DNA of 64,000 nucleotides from Eledone cirrhosa (taxonomy: Eukaryota): the NCBI GenBank assembly GCA_964016885.1, contig OZ024741.1, positions 392,460,001 to 392,524,000 on the forward strand, in the 5' to 3' direction. The notes under the pieces are model-generated. The model searched no databases and was not told the origin of the DNA. It was given only the letters and a program-made list of their open reading frames with translations. A program made the position numbers and the translations under genes. Each line of letters opens with the position of its first letter. Position 1 is the first letter of the stretch. Positions 62,691-64,000 of this stretch are shown here, piece by piece.

Positions 62691-64000
62691 GTATTAGATA
62701 ATATATATTATATATCATATTGACTATAATTACTCCTCCACAATGTAATTTCTCTCCTAATTATTTACCAATCTATTAAACAAGATTGGCATCTGTTTCT
62801 AACTCAGAAGTGAGGAAAAGTAATGTATTCTATTTGGAAGTAAATCACTGAGATAACCAACATGTGGTGATTAAATCTGCTGGAAGTAACAACTAAATTC
62901 TTTCAAATCACACACCATTAATTTAAGTAAATAACACATTGAACAATGTGGTCCTGAATAACTCTGTAAAGATGGGGTGAAATTCATCTCATCATAAGCC
63001 TGATTGATCAGGATTGGGAATTCCTGGATAAGGGTGCAAGTCTCTATGCAGTCGTTTGAGCTGCAAGGCAAACCAGCTGAATCACCTTCATATTACAACC
63101 TATCAGAGCTTATTAAGCAAACTAAGCATATGCTTAGGGCCTCAAAAGGACTTAATACAGCCTGCACTTTAATAGGAAAAGGACAAACGGGGTAATGTGG
63201 TTCTGAATATATGATCGGATGGTCATAACTGGGGTACTAAATTTAACCTGGGTCTAAAGAGCTACAACAACAACAAATCTGAGGTTACTTTGATAACTTT
63301 GATAGGTTTCAGCCAGTATTGGCCCAGGTGATGTCTAACTTAATAGCACCACCTGTTATATCATAAATTTTTATCATGTCATCAGGGTAGTATCTTAACA
63401 TCATGACCCTTGTCTTCTTTCTTATGCTATTATAAATCATATTCATTTTTGCAGAAAATGATTTGTATTAATATCTGAACTGTCAATTCAGAACTTTAAT
63501 AGAATATTGTTGATTTTAGCTTAAAATATATTACACTTATCTTGTGTTTCCATTTATGTTGAAAGACAATCTTGACATTTATTTATCTTCAATGAATTTG
63601 AGTAAATAGATCATAAGAAATTGATGTAGTTAAATATATTAGAATATTTTATTAGTATTTAGTTCTTATTGCTCTAATTCAATAAAGCATTAAAAAATAT
63701 TGAGAAATTGAAAATAATAAGAAATGGAAAATACATTTAGGATCATACAACAGAAAATCTCATGCGTTGCTGAAACGGAAGCAAACAATAATTAAGTCAT
63801 GGGAGATTTCATAAACTAAATGAAACAATAAAGACAATGAAAACTGATGAACAAACACAAATTACACAGTACTAAATTACAAAAATAAGCTTTAAAGAGT
63901 TGGTTAACATGGCAAAGAGGGATTTAGAAAACCTTTTATCTTTTATGGACTCTGAAATCACTATATGTTTTCTGAGAGAGGGCAGTCACCAATAAGTAGT

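Overview
AT-rich eukaryotic genomic DNA, with no prokaryotic features. The repeat content ((TA)n/(CA)n microsatellites, RTE LINEs with (CAT)n tails, tRNA-derived SINEs) suggests a coleoid cephalopod such as Octopus; this is an inference. The whole window lies inside one ryanodine receptor (RyR) gene on the minus strand. I traced 29 GT-AG exons by hand from 59450 down to 281 (4907 nt, about 1635 codons, phases consistent throughout). They run from just before the SPRY3 core through the junctional and bridging solenoids to the Repeat3-4 phosphorylation domain; both ends of the gene lie outside the window. The introns hold RTE and CR1/L2 LINE remnants, a Penelope-like element (GIY-YIG) with inverted pseudo-LTRs, SINEs, piggyBac-like MITEs and a 39-bp minisatellite. 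The most notable unannotated signal is a set of at least five minimal type-I hammerhead ribozyme folds from three unrelated sequence families, three of them on the RyR pre-mRNA strand. Alongside these are several sequence-unrelated fold-back elements that share one architecture and sit in TA microsatellites.
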